Positions 1 to 12,729 of a stretch of 64,000 nucleotides of DNA are shown one piece after another. The stretch is taken from positions 42,656,001-42,720,000 of the forward strand of contig JAGIQG010000013.1 of NCBI GenBank assembly GCA_024679065.1, given 5' to 3'. Numbering within the stretch: position 1 is the stretch's first letter; every line of letters starts with the position of its first letter. This DNA comes from Sphyrna mokarran. Its lineage: Eukaryota. Position numbers and translations under genes: made by a program. The notes beneath the pieces are model-generated. The model did not search any database. It had not been told where the DNA came from and saw nothing but the letters and a program-made list of their open reading frames with translations.

Positions 1-430
1 TCTTCTTAACCAGCAAATCAACTCTTTTCGTACACCAAGGCTCTCTTACTCGTCCATTTCCTCCCTGCCTGACCGGGACATACTTATCAAGGACTCGCAG
101 CAGCTGCTCCTTGAATAAGCACCACATTCCAGATGTTCCCAGTCCCTGTAGTTTCCTAGTCCAATCTATGCACCCTAATTCTCTCCTGATGGCCTCATAA
201 TTACCTTCCCCCAGCTATAACTACTGCCCCCAGCTTCATGCCTATCCCTATCCATCACTAAGGTGAACGTAACCGAATTGTGGTCACTATCACCAAAATG
301 TTCACTAACTTCCAAGCCTGACACCTGGTCTGGCTCATTGCCCAGCACCAAATCCAATGTAGCCTCACCTCTAGTTGGCCTATCTACATACTGAGTCAAA
401 AAACCTTCCTGCACACTTTGTACAAAAACT
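1..430 (-). mobile_element. CR1-type LINE ORF2 fragment (C-terminal part of the APE endonuclease), runs off the window
   Basis: ORF 175..513(-) contains FLTQYVDRPTRGEATLDLVLGNEPDQV...HFGDSDHNSVTF, the CR1 endonuclease motif including SDH. Confidence 0.92.
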
Positions 431-439
431 GACCAGAAT

Positions 440-838
440 GATCTGGCCTGCCTCCCTCCCCCCTTTCCCCACCACTGATCTGAGTCAGAGACCGTTGGAA
501 GTGCTGAACGCACCTTTTCAGCAACTGGAGCGCTTGAATCAGACTTTTATTCAGCGTGTCCATTTTGGCGCAATCCCAGATTGGTGAACATGGTGGTAAA
601 GGGGGAAATGCTGATAAAGTTGGGCAAACAGTTCATTAATTCAATTGAATTGCATGCAAATGCATTTAAATCTCTGTTGCCCGTGTTTTGGGCGAAATCG
701 GATCGCAAACATTCCTATATCTCAGTAATCTGGCCATCTGCACGGATGTGGGCATGGATCACCTTAATGGCCTCACACCCAATTTTATCATGTTTGTGCA
801 CCCAAAAACAGACATGACGCAATGGTAAAATCAGGCAC
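440..838 (+). mobile_element. Right end of a Harbinger-like DNA transposon
   Basis: 770-838 (cctcacacccaattttatc...cccaaaaacag...gcaatggtaaaatcaggc) aligns with the right end and terminal inverted repeat (TIR) at 24100-24177. Confidence 0.6.
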
Positions 839-1534
839 ATCATATTGATCTGCAACACAACTGCTACGCAATCGAAAGAAAAATTATATTGCTCCACTTT
901 ACTTCTGGGCTTCATCTACACAATTTCCCTCTTTATTTGGAAGCCAGCTTCAAAGCAATTAACATCACGACCATTGTGTTGGATTCTTGAGAATATTTGC
1001 AGATCTCCGCTAACTTTAGTCAGGAAATGATGAGGTATGAAAGGATAAGGTAGCATAATAGCTATGGCATTGGACTTGCAAAATTGAATTCAATTACTCT
1101 GGTAATTTGTGAGCAGAAACTTAACCAAGACAGCAGTTGGTTTAAATGTCCTTCAGGGCAGAGCTTTCCATCAACCCCAGCATGCGAATCTAGCCCCATA
1201 TTATGTGATCAACTTTCAGTGCTCTCAGAGAGACTTAGGATGGGCAATAAATATTGTCTTGCTTATGTTACCCATACTCTAAGAATAAATAAATGTTTAA
1301 CCTGGAGCTACTAATCTTTCTTGCTGTAAGTTGATACTAACCTCAAACCAATAGCCAGAGTATAAATCCACCTCTATTCCATCCCTATGAACTTTAACAC
1401 TATTTTATTTCTCACAACTAAATTTTATATTAAATAAAATTCACCACTTACAATGAATTCCTGAGTTCATTTCAGTCTTGAGAAAGAAAATAGTGTTCTT
1501 GCTGAGTCTGCTGTCACTGGTGCACGACATTTTA

Positions 1535-1795
1535 AAGTTAAAAAGTTAAAGTTTATTTATTAGTTAGCCTTACATTAATACTGAAATGGAGTTTCTGTGA
1601 AAATCCTCTAGTTGTCACACTCCGGCACCTGTTCAGGTACACTGAGGGAGAATTTAACATGGCCAGTTAACTTAGTCTCTGCACATCTTTGGATTGTGGA
1701 GGAAACAAGAGCACACGGAGGAAATCCATGCAGACACAACGAGAATGTGCAAATTCCATGCAGACAGTGACCCAAGTCGGGGAAACCCATGTCTT
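1535..1795 (-). mobile_element. tRNA-derived V-SINE-like SINE, 5' truncated
   Basis: Reverse complement contains gggtcactgtctgcatggaatttgcacattctc, the core shared with the other SINE copies; tail as in 37900-38170. Confidence 0.85.
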
Positions 1796-2439
1796 TATAC
1801 CATACTTGACTTGCAGTTAAGCACATCATTACAGAAATGCAGGCTATAGTGAAGCAATTGATTGAACAGCAATGTGTGGCCTATATTTAAAACAATGCTC
1901 ACAATATCATATATGAACATAGTGACACCATCCTATTGTTGGAGGAACTGACTGAATATGCATCTACAAGAGTGCGTTTGGAATTACCTTAAAATGGCAG
2001 TAAAATGTAACTAAAATAGAAGGCCATTAATAAAATAAATCTGAACAAGGTACTAACCTGTAAAATATACTGAATATTTAAAACAGTCTTATCAAATTAT
2101 TTAATGCAATGCTCTTAAGAAATCAGTAAATTCTTCATCTTAAACGTTTTGATGCCAATATTAAAACAGCGCAGATAAGATTTGACACAAATGTGATATA
2201 AGCTCCACTGATATCAAACAAAGATTTCAATGCTTGAAGGTTTGTATACAATTGTCCACATTCAATTGAATTTGATTCATCTTACTTTAAAGCTTAGATA
2301 AGTTTGCCCTTGCAGTGTTGAATAGCTTGAGCGAGGCCACAGTCTATTCGGATATTGGTGTGTCCTTGACAATGACCTCTGAACTTATTGTCAATATGTT
2401 ACAGAAGAAATTAGATCTTTCCAGCAAGAAGTAATACTA

Positions 2440-4190
2440 ATATTCCCGAATGGTAATGTGGAAAGGAGATTGCAAAGTACCGTCAGAAGCCAGCAGATAG
2501 TACAATTCTGAAAATAAACGCAGTATCCAAAGCAGAGTGCCAAGAGGGAGGCTGTTTGAAATAGGTATAATAAATACAAAGCAAGTATAATAAATACCAA
2601 GAGAATGCTGCACATGTGCCATTGCTGAAGACTTAATTATATCCAGTGGCAGGTGCAGAAGGGCTTTGTTTGCCAGTTTGTTCCTAGCTAATGCAACTCC
2701 AGATAACCTTCATGTTAAATTGCACAAGGCACTTGGGGAGCTCTGCTATATCTCCATCTTAATGTTTAAAAGAAAACATGTTTTTAAAACAATTCCTGTG
2801 GATCCAAGTGGAGCAGGAGTATTTCTCACAAATTTTAGCCAACCAGAGGGCCACTGCTGGCCTGTGGTTGACCCTCCTCCTGTTCTTATTCATCACTCCC
2901 TGGACTTGCTTGAATGTTGCTGTTGGCGACTAGGTGGCTTGAAATTTGCTTCTCCTGTTTTGAGAGCTGCAATTATTTTGGTGAGACCCCAGGACCAATC
3001 TCTTTGGCTATCTTTCTTTGGACACAGGGATTATTCCTTGTGTACATTTGATACAAGAAACTGTTCTAAGTGAAATTCCAGGCCTGGCATTCCATTATCA
3101 CAGGATTCAATTCCTGCTGCAAAATGTGCTGATAATGAGCCCAAGGGTTATTAATAATTAGATGGACAAATTACTCTTTGTCAAAATTGTGCCTCTCTTC
3201 TATAGAAGTGAACACACTAGGAAGCAACAACATTTGTATGAATGATGCTTGGGGCTGCTGGATGAACCAGGAAAGTACAGTGCTGACAGATGATGCCATA
3301 ATGGATGAAATTAAACTCTGCACTATATATCCTCTCTCCCACCCCTCTCCCATTAGCTCTGCCACCTGCCAGATGTCCTGGGAGATCATGAACAGTGTCT
3401 CTAATGTAGGAATGAAGTTTTTCTCCATGCTTCTTTATATAGAATAGCCTGGTTGAGGTCCTTGGCTCTTCAGCCAAGGGATAATCTTTCCTTTGTCTCC
3501 TAGTGGTTTCAGTCAGTCTACTTCCATTCCTGACTCACGGAATTTTCTCATTATGTTTTCAAGACTCAATGCTAAGTCTTTATTTTTACAATCGTTATTG
3601 GGAGTGAGAGAGCAGATGACAGCATGGGTGAAGATGTGATGCGTTTTCATGAAGATCTTTACTTTGTCTTGTTGTATTTCACTTGAAGTATTTTAGTATG
3701 GTAGAGAGGTGTTCTGAAATTCCTGTTAATTCTCTACTATGACTGCAAGACTGACATTGCATAACTGTCCCTATATGGCTCGACAGTAACTCCATTGCTT
3801 TTTTCCCATCAGGAATAGCAGTTTGAAGGTCAAGGGGATGCCCCTTCTTACTTGATTAATTCCAGACTTAATGGGCCTACTCCTCTTATAGTAATGACAT
3901 CTGTGTTACCACAAAAGGCCCCATAAGGAATGCAACTACATTAGGAAATGCTAGACCAGGTTTAGGAGGGTCAACCTGCATATGAGTGTGTGGAAAAAGC
4001 TGCTGAAAGCTGCCATCTAAGATAATTGTGTAGCTAGCCAGGACTCTTCTGACTCCAGGCCCCCGTGCCAACTTCTTTAACATTGTCAAGTGCAAGAATA
4101 AGGAACTTCTTGTCAGGTTGACAAAAATAACATGAAAAAGGCTTTCCACCTTGACTGGCTGCATCAAGTTATTCAACATTCTCCTGGGTT
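2440..4190 (-). mobile_element. Very decayed non-LTR retrotransposon RT, possibly R2 superfamily (restriction-like endonuclease, RLE)
   Basis: Frameshifted minus-strand pieces in RT order: IILD/MAAFSSFFH (cf. LDxxKAFDSVxH), QVRRGIPLTFKLLF (cf. GVRQGxPLSPxLF), LENIMRKFRESGMEVD*LK (cf. FxxxGLxxNxxK), QQPQASFIQMLLLPS, then a Cys/His remnant near 2600-2700. Confidence 0.4.
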
Positions 4191-5019
4191 AGGGTCTTCT
4201 TCCTGCACAGTGGCATATCATCCCCTCCCCCAATTCCATCTCCACTCTACCCCCGGTGGATGCAGCGAGCCATTTAAATCTCAATCCACCTGTGGGCAGA
4301 CTGTAAAATCCCGGCCCTGCAGTGCATAAATAGTTTTGGAGCTTGAAAATGAAATGGACACAAAATCTCCTCTATGGCAGATTGTGTGTGCATGCACATT
4401 CTGAGCCAGAAGGACATCATTTGCCATATTGGTCTACGTATCAAAAGGGACCAGTGCCAGGAACAGGCATTCTGCCCTTTTCTAATGCAAATAAGGGGAC
4501 CAGCTGCTGCTTGGGGCTTCTTTTACCAAACTAATTTCTCCTAAGTGTGGCCAGAATATTTGTTGTGTGTAGTGTGTCCCAGTGAGAACCAATCTCTAGG
4601 CCAATTGGCCAAATCTTCCGATCAAAGTCTGATCCTGCAGCATACGATGATCAAACAGAAAACTACCCACCTACAATATGCAGTCAAACGACAGAATGCT
4701 CCTATGCTGCTCAATATAGGATAGGGCAGAACAGGGCTATGCAAGTCTGTTGACTTCTGGTGGGATTTTCCAATCTTGGGGAGAATGCAAGAACTCCCTC
4801 AGTGCAGGAACTCTTGCAAAGAACTGCGAAGAGAATCTGTGCTGAAGCAAAGACCGACTTTTCACTCTGCTAGCTGCCGGATTCTGGTGTTTAAAGCTTT
4901 TAGTGTGTTATTGAATGAGTATGAATGAACAGATGTGTTAATGGGTGAATGAGTAAATGGATAGGTGGGTGAGGTAAATGGGTAGGCAGGTAGGAGGATA
5001 GGGATTTTTAAAATCTTTC

Positions 5020-5820
5020 ATGGGATATGGGCATCTCTGGCTGGGCCAGTATTTATTGCCCAGTCCTCATTCCAATCAGAAGGTGGTGGTAAGCTGCCTT
5101 CACAAACCACGGCAGTCTACGTGGAGTAGACACATTCACAGTAATTTTAGGAAGTGAGTTCCTAAATTTAGTGAAGGAATAGCAATATAGCTCCAGGTCA
5201 GAATGGTGTGTGGCTTGCAGGGAAACTTGCAGATGGTGGTGTTCGCATGCAATTGTTGCCCTTGTCCTTCTTGGTAGTAGAGGTCACAGCTTTGGGAGGT
5301 ACTATTGAAGAGATCTTGGTTAGATGTTTCAGTTTATCTTGTAGATTGTAAACTGTTGCCACAGTGTGTGTTGGTTTGGAGAGAGTGAATATTTAATGTG
5401 TAGGATGGGATGCCAGACAAATGTGCTACTTTGCTCTGAATGGTCTCAAATTGCTTGAGAGCTGCACTCATCCAGACAAATGGAACATACTCCATCACAC
5501 TCCTGACTTACAATTTGTGCCTTTTAGTTGTTGGATAGGCTTTGGGGATTCAGAAAGTGAGTTATTCCCTATAGGACTCTCACCCTTTGATCGTGTCTTG
5601 TAGCCACAGTATTTATATGGCTACTCTAGTTCAGTTTCTGGTCAATGGTAGTCCCTCCAGGATGTTGATAGTGGGGGATTCAGTGATGGTAATAACATTT
5701 AATATGGGGAAGTGATTGGATGGTTTCTTACTGGAGATGGTCACTGACTGACACCTGCGTGGTGTGGATGTAACTTACCATTTACCAGCCTGAGCTGGAA
5801 TGTTGTCCAGGTCTTCCTGG
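5020..5820 (-). mobile_element. CR1/L2-group LINE 3' fragment
   Basis: Starts with the reversed 3' tail (tgggatatgggcatctctggctgggccagtatttattgccc); homologous to 10320-11810. Confidence 0.75.
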
Positions 5821-6949
5821 CAGATGGAAAGAGTGGTGAATGGGGAGAGTGGGTGAGTGGGTAGATGGGTATGGTAGTTAAGTTAGGTCAGGGGTGATTG
5901 TCAGGTCAGGGGGCTAGTCAGATCTGGTTGATAGGGAGTCAGGAGGTCAAAGAGAGGGATTTAAAGATGACCAGGTAAGGGAAGGATGAGGCCATATCAG
6001 GTCAGACAGTATTGGGGAGGGGGACAAGCTGGAGACTTATCAGTTTGGACGTGAGTATCAGTGGGTCATGAGGGGAGTCAGGGAGGAGCCAGAGTTCAGG
6101 GATATAGTCACTCTTCAAGGGACATGGTGTCAGGGCTGTCAATTATACAGTTACCCAGAAATTAGATTGATAATTTTTCTAACATTTCCTGGATAACTAT
6201 TCAGGTTAGCAAGCCAGTACTACCCAAAGGCTTTGACTCTAACTTAGATTTGGAAACATTTTCAGAGGATCCCGGTATTCAGGAGAATTGCTCATTGGAA
6301 TTTCAAACTTCCCAGGCAATTCTCACGGAGTCAATATGTTGGGACTTGTGTGGAATCCTGAAGTACAGTTTGACGGTTACTGAAGAATGAAAGATCTGGA
6401 CCAATATCTTTCTATTAGTTATACATATGTATGTCATACTTAAACCATAACTAAAACTGCACTGTGAACATTTATTAACGTTGCCTTTCAATAAATATGA
6501 AGAGTCAATATTTTCCAATTTAGAAAGAGCAAAAAAAATTCAAAAGAGCATTTGTGGAACGATGCAGTGTAACATTTTATTGAATTATACCATTTTAGGA
6601 AGCGTAATATTTTCCATCACAAGATAACTTTAAACACATGGGAAATAAATCGATGAACACAAAGCTATTCAAATGAAAAGTCGTTCTGGTGCTGTTTGGG
6701 TCATATTTTCTTAGTGGATACTGAAAATACTCCCTTAGGAAACAATGCCTTCTGAAGTTCTTTTCATGAAGGTCAGTGCACAGGTTGAACATATTCTGCA
6801 TTCAAGCTGCTCCCTGGGGAATATTTTATTCATGTGATGAATATCTTTTGTGCTTTAGATATTTATTTTTAAATATAACAAGAATGTGATTCAATTATTA
6901 TGTGTAGAAGTCAACCAAAGATTGATGGTACAAATTTATCCATTGTGAG

Positions 6950-8170
6950 ACTTACTTTGGCCAATGCTTCAAGACACCACCTTTAATGTTCACTCTGATC
7001 TCCATGTTTGTGGACCAGTCCCCCTCCACCCCCAAAATGGAAATGGTGACAAACAAACCCTTCCCCTGCTGTTGACCAGGGGAGCACGGTGAACCTCTCA
7101 GCAAAGCTGTGCATCCTCTTCCCCCACCACTCAAATAACAGGTCACCCCCTCACAGCCATGAGGGTGACCTGCTATCCCCCTCAGGACCCAACCCTCAAT
7201 CCACTCCATCCAGACGCCCATTTAAGCCCTTCCTCAAACCCCTCCTCTTCAGACCCCTCTCAGTTCCTTCCACATCACTCTTCCCTTGGAACCCCTTAAC
7301 ACACTTGATCCTTATTCAGCTGTCTCTCTCCACACTCAATCTCCTATCTCGCTTGACCCCATTCAGTTCCATCTTCAGGCCAGATATCTCAGTGGTATCA
7401 ATGGTGCACCATCCCCATCACCCCGGCACTGACACCCCGGTCTAGGGACTTGGACCCTGAAGGAGATCAGTCAGGTGGGTCCAGTGACCATGTGCCCTCT
7501 GCTAAATTGATGCAGGGGTCTGGGGGTTGGCTAGCTTCAGGCTGCAGGCAAGTGGTTGACCTCACTACTCCGCCCCAGAATGGGTGTTTTGTGGCTACAC
7601 CATCTCTCCTAGCTTTAGCAGACCTGAAGATCACCCTTGGCATGGCAGCTCTGTGATCAATATTTGCATTCGTGCCTGTCAGCTGCGAAAATTTGAAGTG
7701 GTCAGTAACTTTAATATTCATGACCCTGGAGGATTTTAAATCAACAGCAGCACTCCATTCTGCAGCAGTGATTTCTTTTTCTCTCTGTCAGAAGCTGCAG
7801 GTGTAGCAGATCCCTTTGAAATTCTCTGACAGAGTGGAGATATTAATTTCATTGAGGGGTTCTCCTCCCTCAACCCCACCTCTGCAGCAGCTCATTCAAC
7901 CCTAAAATATTCACACAGTTTTTATTTGAAATCTCTGAGCCTTCCTGGAAAGCTGAACCCATTGACATCTTTTCGACACCACTGGAAACATTTGATCTCT
8001 TTCAATTTCAATGCTTTGAAATAGCTTTTGATTGACAGCTCAGTGGATTTCTACTAAACCTCCTGTCGGTTATGTTTATTTGCATTTTCTTCATACTTGA
8101 GTGCCTCTCAAGTACTTCCAATATTCCTAACCTCAATGTTTACAAAGACTCTAAACTTTTTTGACAGATG
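6950..8170 (+). repeat. Unclassified ~1.2 kb interspersed repeat, copy 1
   Basis: Colinear with 59870-60336 plus 61753-62300, e.g. ccattctgcagcag.gatttc...ctctgtcagaagctgca in both. Confidence 0.7.
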
Positions 8171-8279
8171 TGGTTTCTTCAAAGGAAGTAAGTGGTCTTC
8201 AAAAGAAGAAGTGAAACTATCACAACCACTGGGTTAAAATCCTGGAACACGCTCCTAATATCTCTGTGAATGTATCTAC

Positions 8280-9643
8280 GGTAAGAAGTCTCACAACACT
8301 AGGTTAAAGTCCAACCAGTTTATTTGATAGTAAACCCACAAGCTTTCGGGATTTGCCCCTTCGTCAGGTGAGTGGAGAGTTCTGGTGTCAGATAGAGCAT
8401 ATAACAGCACACACAGTTTACAGAATACTGATTACAATGCGAGACTTTACAGCTAAAGTGCTATTCAAGTCTTAAAGATGCAGACAATGTGAATGGAGAG
8501 AGCATTAGGTATAGGTGTATTATCTCCAGATAGTACAATAAGTGACGTTTTACAAATCCAGGCAAGTCATAGGAGTTACAGATAGTGTGACATGAACCCA
8601 AGATCCTGGTTGAGGTCATCCTCATGTGTGCAGAACTTGGCTGTCAGTCTCTGCTCAGTGACTGCGCCTTTGTGTGTTGTGAAGGCTGCCTTGGAGAACA
8701 CTTACCCGAAGATCAGAGGCTGAATGCCCGTAACCGCTGAAGTGTTTGTCAACAGAAAGGGAACAGCCTTGCCTGGTGATTGTCGAGCAATGCTCATTCA
8801 TCAGTTGTCGTAACATCTGCATGGTCTCCCCAATGTACCATGCTTCAGGACATCATTTCCTACCATGCATTAGGTGGATAACGTTGGCAGAGTTGCAAGA
8901 ATTTGTTCCTTGTATCTGTTGAATGGTGTTCTCACATGAGACGATGTGTCATCCATGTCGATAATACGCATGTCTTGCAGAGATTGCAGTGGCAGGGTTG
9001 TGTGGTGTTGTGGTCACTACTCTCCTGAAGGCTGGGTAGTTTGCTGTGAACAATAGTCTGTTTGAGGTTGTGCAGTTGTTTGAAGGCAAGAAGTTCAAGT
9101 GTGGAGATGGCCCTAGCAAAATGTTCATCTTCATCAATGATATGTTGAAGACTCCAGAGAAGATGTCGTAGCTTTTGTCCTTTGTTCTTTGTTCTCTGCT
9201 CTGGGGAAATACTGGATGATGAAGGGTACTCTGTCCACCGTGTCCTGTGTTTGTCTTCTGAGGAGGTCAATGCAGTTTTTCGCTGTGGCGCATCTAAACT
9301 GTCAATTGATGAGTCAAGAGCCATATCCTGTTCTTATGAGGGCCGCTTTCAGCATCTGGGGGTGTCTGTCATGATCCTCTTCGTCTGAGCAGATCCTATG
9401 TATACGGAGGGCTTGTCCCTAGGAAATGGCTTCTTTAACATGTTTAGGGTAGAAGCTGGAGAAGTAGAGCATCGTGAGGTTATCTGTGAGCTTGCGGTAC
9501 AGTAAGGTGCTGAAGTGACCGTCCTTGATGGAGATGCGTGTGCCCAAGAATGCAACTGATTCCAGAGACTGGTGTTGTGAAACTTCTTACTGTGTTTACC
9601 CACTCCAACGCTGACATCTCCACATCCTGACTACCATTGACAG
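8280..9643 (-). mobile_element. Penelope-like element (PLE, Neptune type), 5' truncated, with a short inverted terminal piece at 9569-9643
   Basis: Minus-strand LLAFKQLHNLKQTIVHSKLP...PCHCNLCKTC linker and GIY-YIG remnant; flanks tgtatctac (8271-8279) and tatatctac (9644-9652) are a probable TSD; inserted in a LINE 3' end. Confidence 0.9.
8335..8372 (-). ncRNA. Minimal type-I hammerhead ribozyme motif
   Basis: Reverse complement: ctcac CTGACGA a gggg caaa tccc GAAA GC TT gtggg. Confidence 0.8.
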
Positions 9644-10319
9644 TATATCTACAGCTCAGGGACTGCAGCAGTTCAAAACGGCAGCTCATCACCACCTTCT
9701 GAAAGGCAACTAGGGATGGGCAATAAATGTTGCCTGGCCAGCGAAATCCACATCCCATAAATTAAATCAAATAAGTTCCTTCTTTGAAAAGCACCAACAT
9801 GTTTGCTGATAGTAACTTTATTTTTCACTGTAGGTTTATTGAATTAACTAAACTTAAATCACCTAGCGAGCATATAGGATTTGATCTGACTTCTCCAGAT
9901 TATTAACCCAGGCCTCTGGATGAATAGCACAGTAACATAACTACTACATTGCTGCAAAACATGTGATTGAAACTACTGAAACTTGAGAACTGTGGCATTC
10001 ATGTAATGCAGAGTTCAGTCCATTTATTCCTTCTGGCAGCATGTTTATTTTCAAAATTGTCAACTTTATTTAGTGCAGAGACAAGTTCCACTGGATCAAA
10101 TTGATGTGTGCATCTATTTCCTTTTGTTAAAAAATTCTGCAGGTGATCAGCACTGACTTTCTGCTTTGTTTTCAGGTAGGTGATGATGATGATGGGAGGA
10201 ATGTTATATTTGTTTGTCTCCAGGGTATTCCTCCAACTTTGATGATCTTGCACTTTTCCTCATCTGCCAATACTAGCTACTTTCTCAAACCACTCTCTGT
10301 CTCTACTTGATGGCACACT

Positions 10320-11810
10320 TTCTGCAATGTGAGCAAGGCTAGCAGGGTCAGCATTTGTTGCCAATCTCTAATGCCCTTGAGAAGGCAGCTGCGATCTGTC
10401 TCATTGAATCGATGCAGTCCATATGGTGTAGAACCCACAGTGCTGTTGAGAGGGAATTTGTGGTTCTTGACCCAGCAACAGTAAAGGAGCAGTATATTAT
10501 TCCAGGTCATAATAGTGCATGGCTTGCAAGAGGATTTGCAGGTGGTGGTGTTCCCATTTGTTTGTTGTCCTTCTAGGTAATAGAAGTTGATGATGGGAGT
10601 TCCAATAATAATATATCAATGAACTATCAAAGAGAGATAGTTAGATCCTCTCTTGTTGGAGATGATCATTGGCTGACTCTTGTGTGACACCTGTCACTTA
10701 TCAGCCCAAACCTGAATGTTGTCCTGTAGTTTCTGCCTGCAGACACAGACTGCTTCAGTGGGTGAGGAGTTGTGAATGGTGCTGAACATTGTGCAAACAT
10801 CATAAGCCTCTCCACTTCTGAACTTGTGGTGGAGTTAAGATTATTGATGAAACAGCAAAAAATGTTTCATCCTCGGACACTATCCTAAGGAACTTCTGCA
10901 GTGATATTCTGGGTAGCAATTACATGCCTTCAAAAACCACCACCATCTTTCTTTCTGATAGGCATGATGCTAACCAATGGGGAGTTTTTCCTAATTCTCA
11001 TTGAGTTTAACTTTGCTACAGGTCCTTGTTGCTACACTCTGTCAAATGCTGCCTCAATGTCAAGGGCCACCATTCTCCCCCTTGCTTTATGTCTGGAATC
11101 AGGTGGCCTGGCAAAACCCAAAATAAATATCAATGAACAAATTATGTTGTGTAAATGCTATTTAATAGGACTGTTGTCAACACATTCCCTCTCTTTGCTG
11201 CTGATTGACAGTAAATCGATGGAGTAATAATTGGCTGGCTTGGATTTGTCTTGTCTGAAGACAGGACCCTTACCTGGGCAATGGTCAACATTGTCAAGTA
11301 GCTGCACTGGGCAACCTGACTAGTTGGGGGTCCACAGGTTGGGAAGCTGGGTTGTCTGAAAAGAGTCCAAGTTCTGCAGCACAGGTTTTGTTGTCAGGAT
11401 CTATAACATTTGGCATATGCAATGCTTTCAGCCTTTTCTTGATATCATGTTAGAGGGAATGAATTGGCTGAAGGCTGGCATTTGTGATGCTGGAGACCTC
11501 AGGAGAAGGCTGAGATAAATTGTCCACTCAGTAATTCTGGCTGAAGATTGATTCAAATTCTTCAGTTTTGTCTTTTACACTGCTTTTCTGTAGCCTCCTC
11601 CTCCTGCTTGTTGTTTAATTGTGCACCATGACTTATGACTGGATGTGGCACGGCTGCAGAATTTAGATTCGATTTGTTTGCAGTTGGATGGTTTAATTCT
11701 CTCTATAACATACTGCTTCTGTTGTTTGGCACACAAATAGTTCTATGGCTTCACTAGGTTTACACCTGATTTTTAGGTACGTCTGGCGCTACATTTTCTC
11801 CTGCTCTCCT
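10320..11810 (-). mobile_element. CR1/L2-group LINE fragment, internally deleted
   Basis: Same reversed 3' tail and body as 5020-5820; ctgtcaaatgctgcctcaatgtcaagggc translates on the minus strand as ALDIEAAFDR (RT motif). Confidence 0.8.
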
Positions 11811-12729
11811 CATTGATCTCTTTCCTTCATGGTAATGACAATTGTCCACTCTATTCTTTTTCTGAAACTCTATCACAGCCATTTTGCAAGAAGTAGGAAG
11901 TGCTTTTTGAAAAGAGAGGCAATCTGACAATAATTAATCATTCGCACCTATATATAAATCACCACAACGAATACATGAATCTTAAATGTGTGCTCGTCAT
12001 TGTGTTTTTTGTGGATTTTAGTTCAAAATTAAAATCTGTCTTTAGATCATTTATTATTCATCCTTGGATTGTATTACTTTTTTTACGTGTTCACAGTTGT
12101 ATATAATTATAGGGACACAGTTGAGTTGGTGACCATGGATGAGTGCCCACAGGACTGCAGCTGATGGTGACAGTGTTGAATTGAGCATATAAGTCAATTT
12201 ACTTCTGCTCTAGCTGCTTCTCACCTTCGAGCTTGACCTATGAGATATCTAGTATTTATTTATAGTGTCTCGGCTGGGCATATTATTGATCTTATCAAAC
12301 CTATTGTAAGACAGGGTGAGAGTAGGAGGAAGGTTAAAATGAAATTTTAGTGTACACACTTTCATGTAACACCTTTTTTAGTTGAACTATAGTTATGAGT
12401 AAAGTTGAGAGTGTATTTAGTAAAATAATTTTTCTCTTAGAGGTTTTTATTGAAGATAAAGAGGATACTGTTGGGTGTTTTTGTTTAGGTTACCTTGGTA
12501 CGTACACTGATCTTTACAATGTTGTTGATTGAGTAGAAGTATTGGGTGCAATTTCATCTTGTTCATCTGATTTATGCCAAGGAATGTAACAGGACTAAAA
12601 TTGCACATTTAGCAGAATTGTTGTCTTTTTCCAGGGATTTTGATTTAAGTGCTCAGAGTGCCTGTCAAAAAGGGCCTACTGAATGGTTTAAGTCTGAGTT
12701 TAAAATAAAAAAAAACTTACACCAATGAA

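Noticed and set aside
2730-2990. LKTCFLL suggesting a DIRS/Crypton tyrosine recombinase
   Set aside because: Catalytic R-H-R-H/W-Y residues are not seen and the match is only a few residues
2391-3480. Possible endogenous viral glycoprotein (Cys-containing frames plus hydrophobic ILLVFIILALYLLYL)
   Set aside because: No fusion-peptide, furin or heptad pattern; the ordered RT-like motifs on the same strand explain the region better
12305-12518. TGTAAG...TTTACA segment resembling a short solo LTR
   Set aside because: No TSD and no second copy in the window
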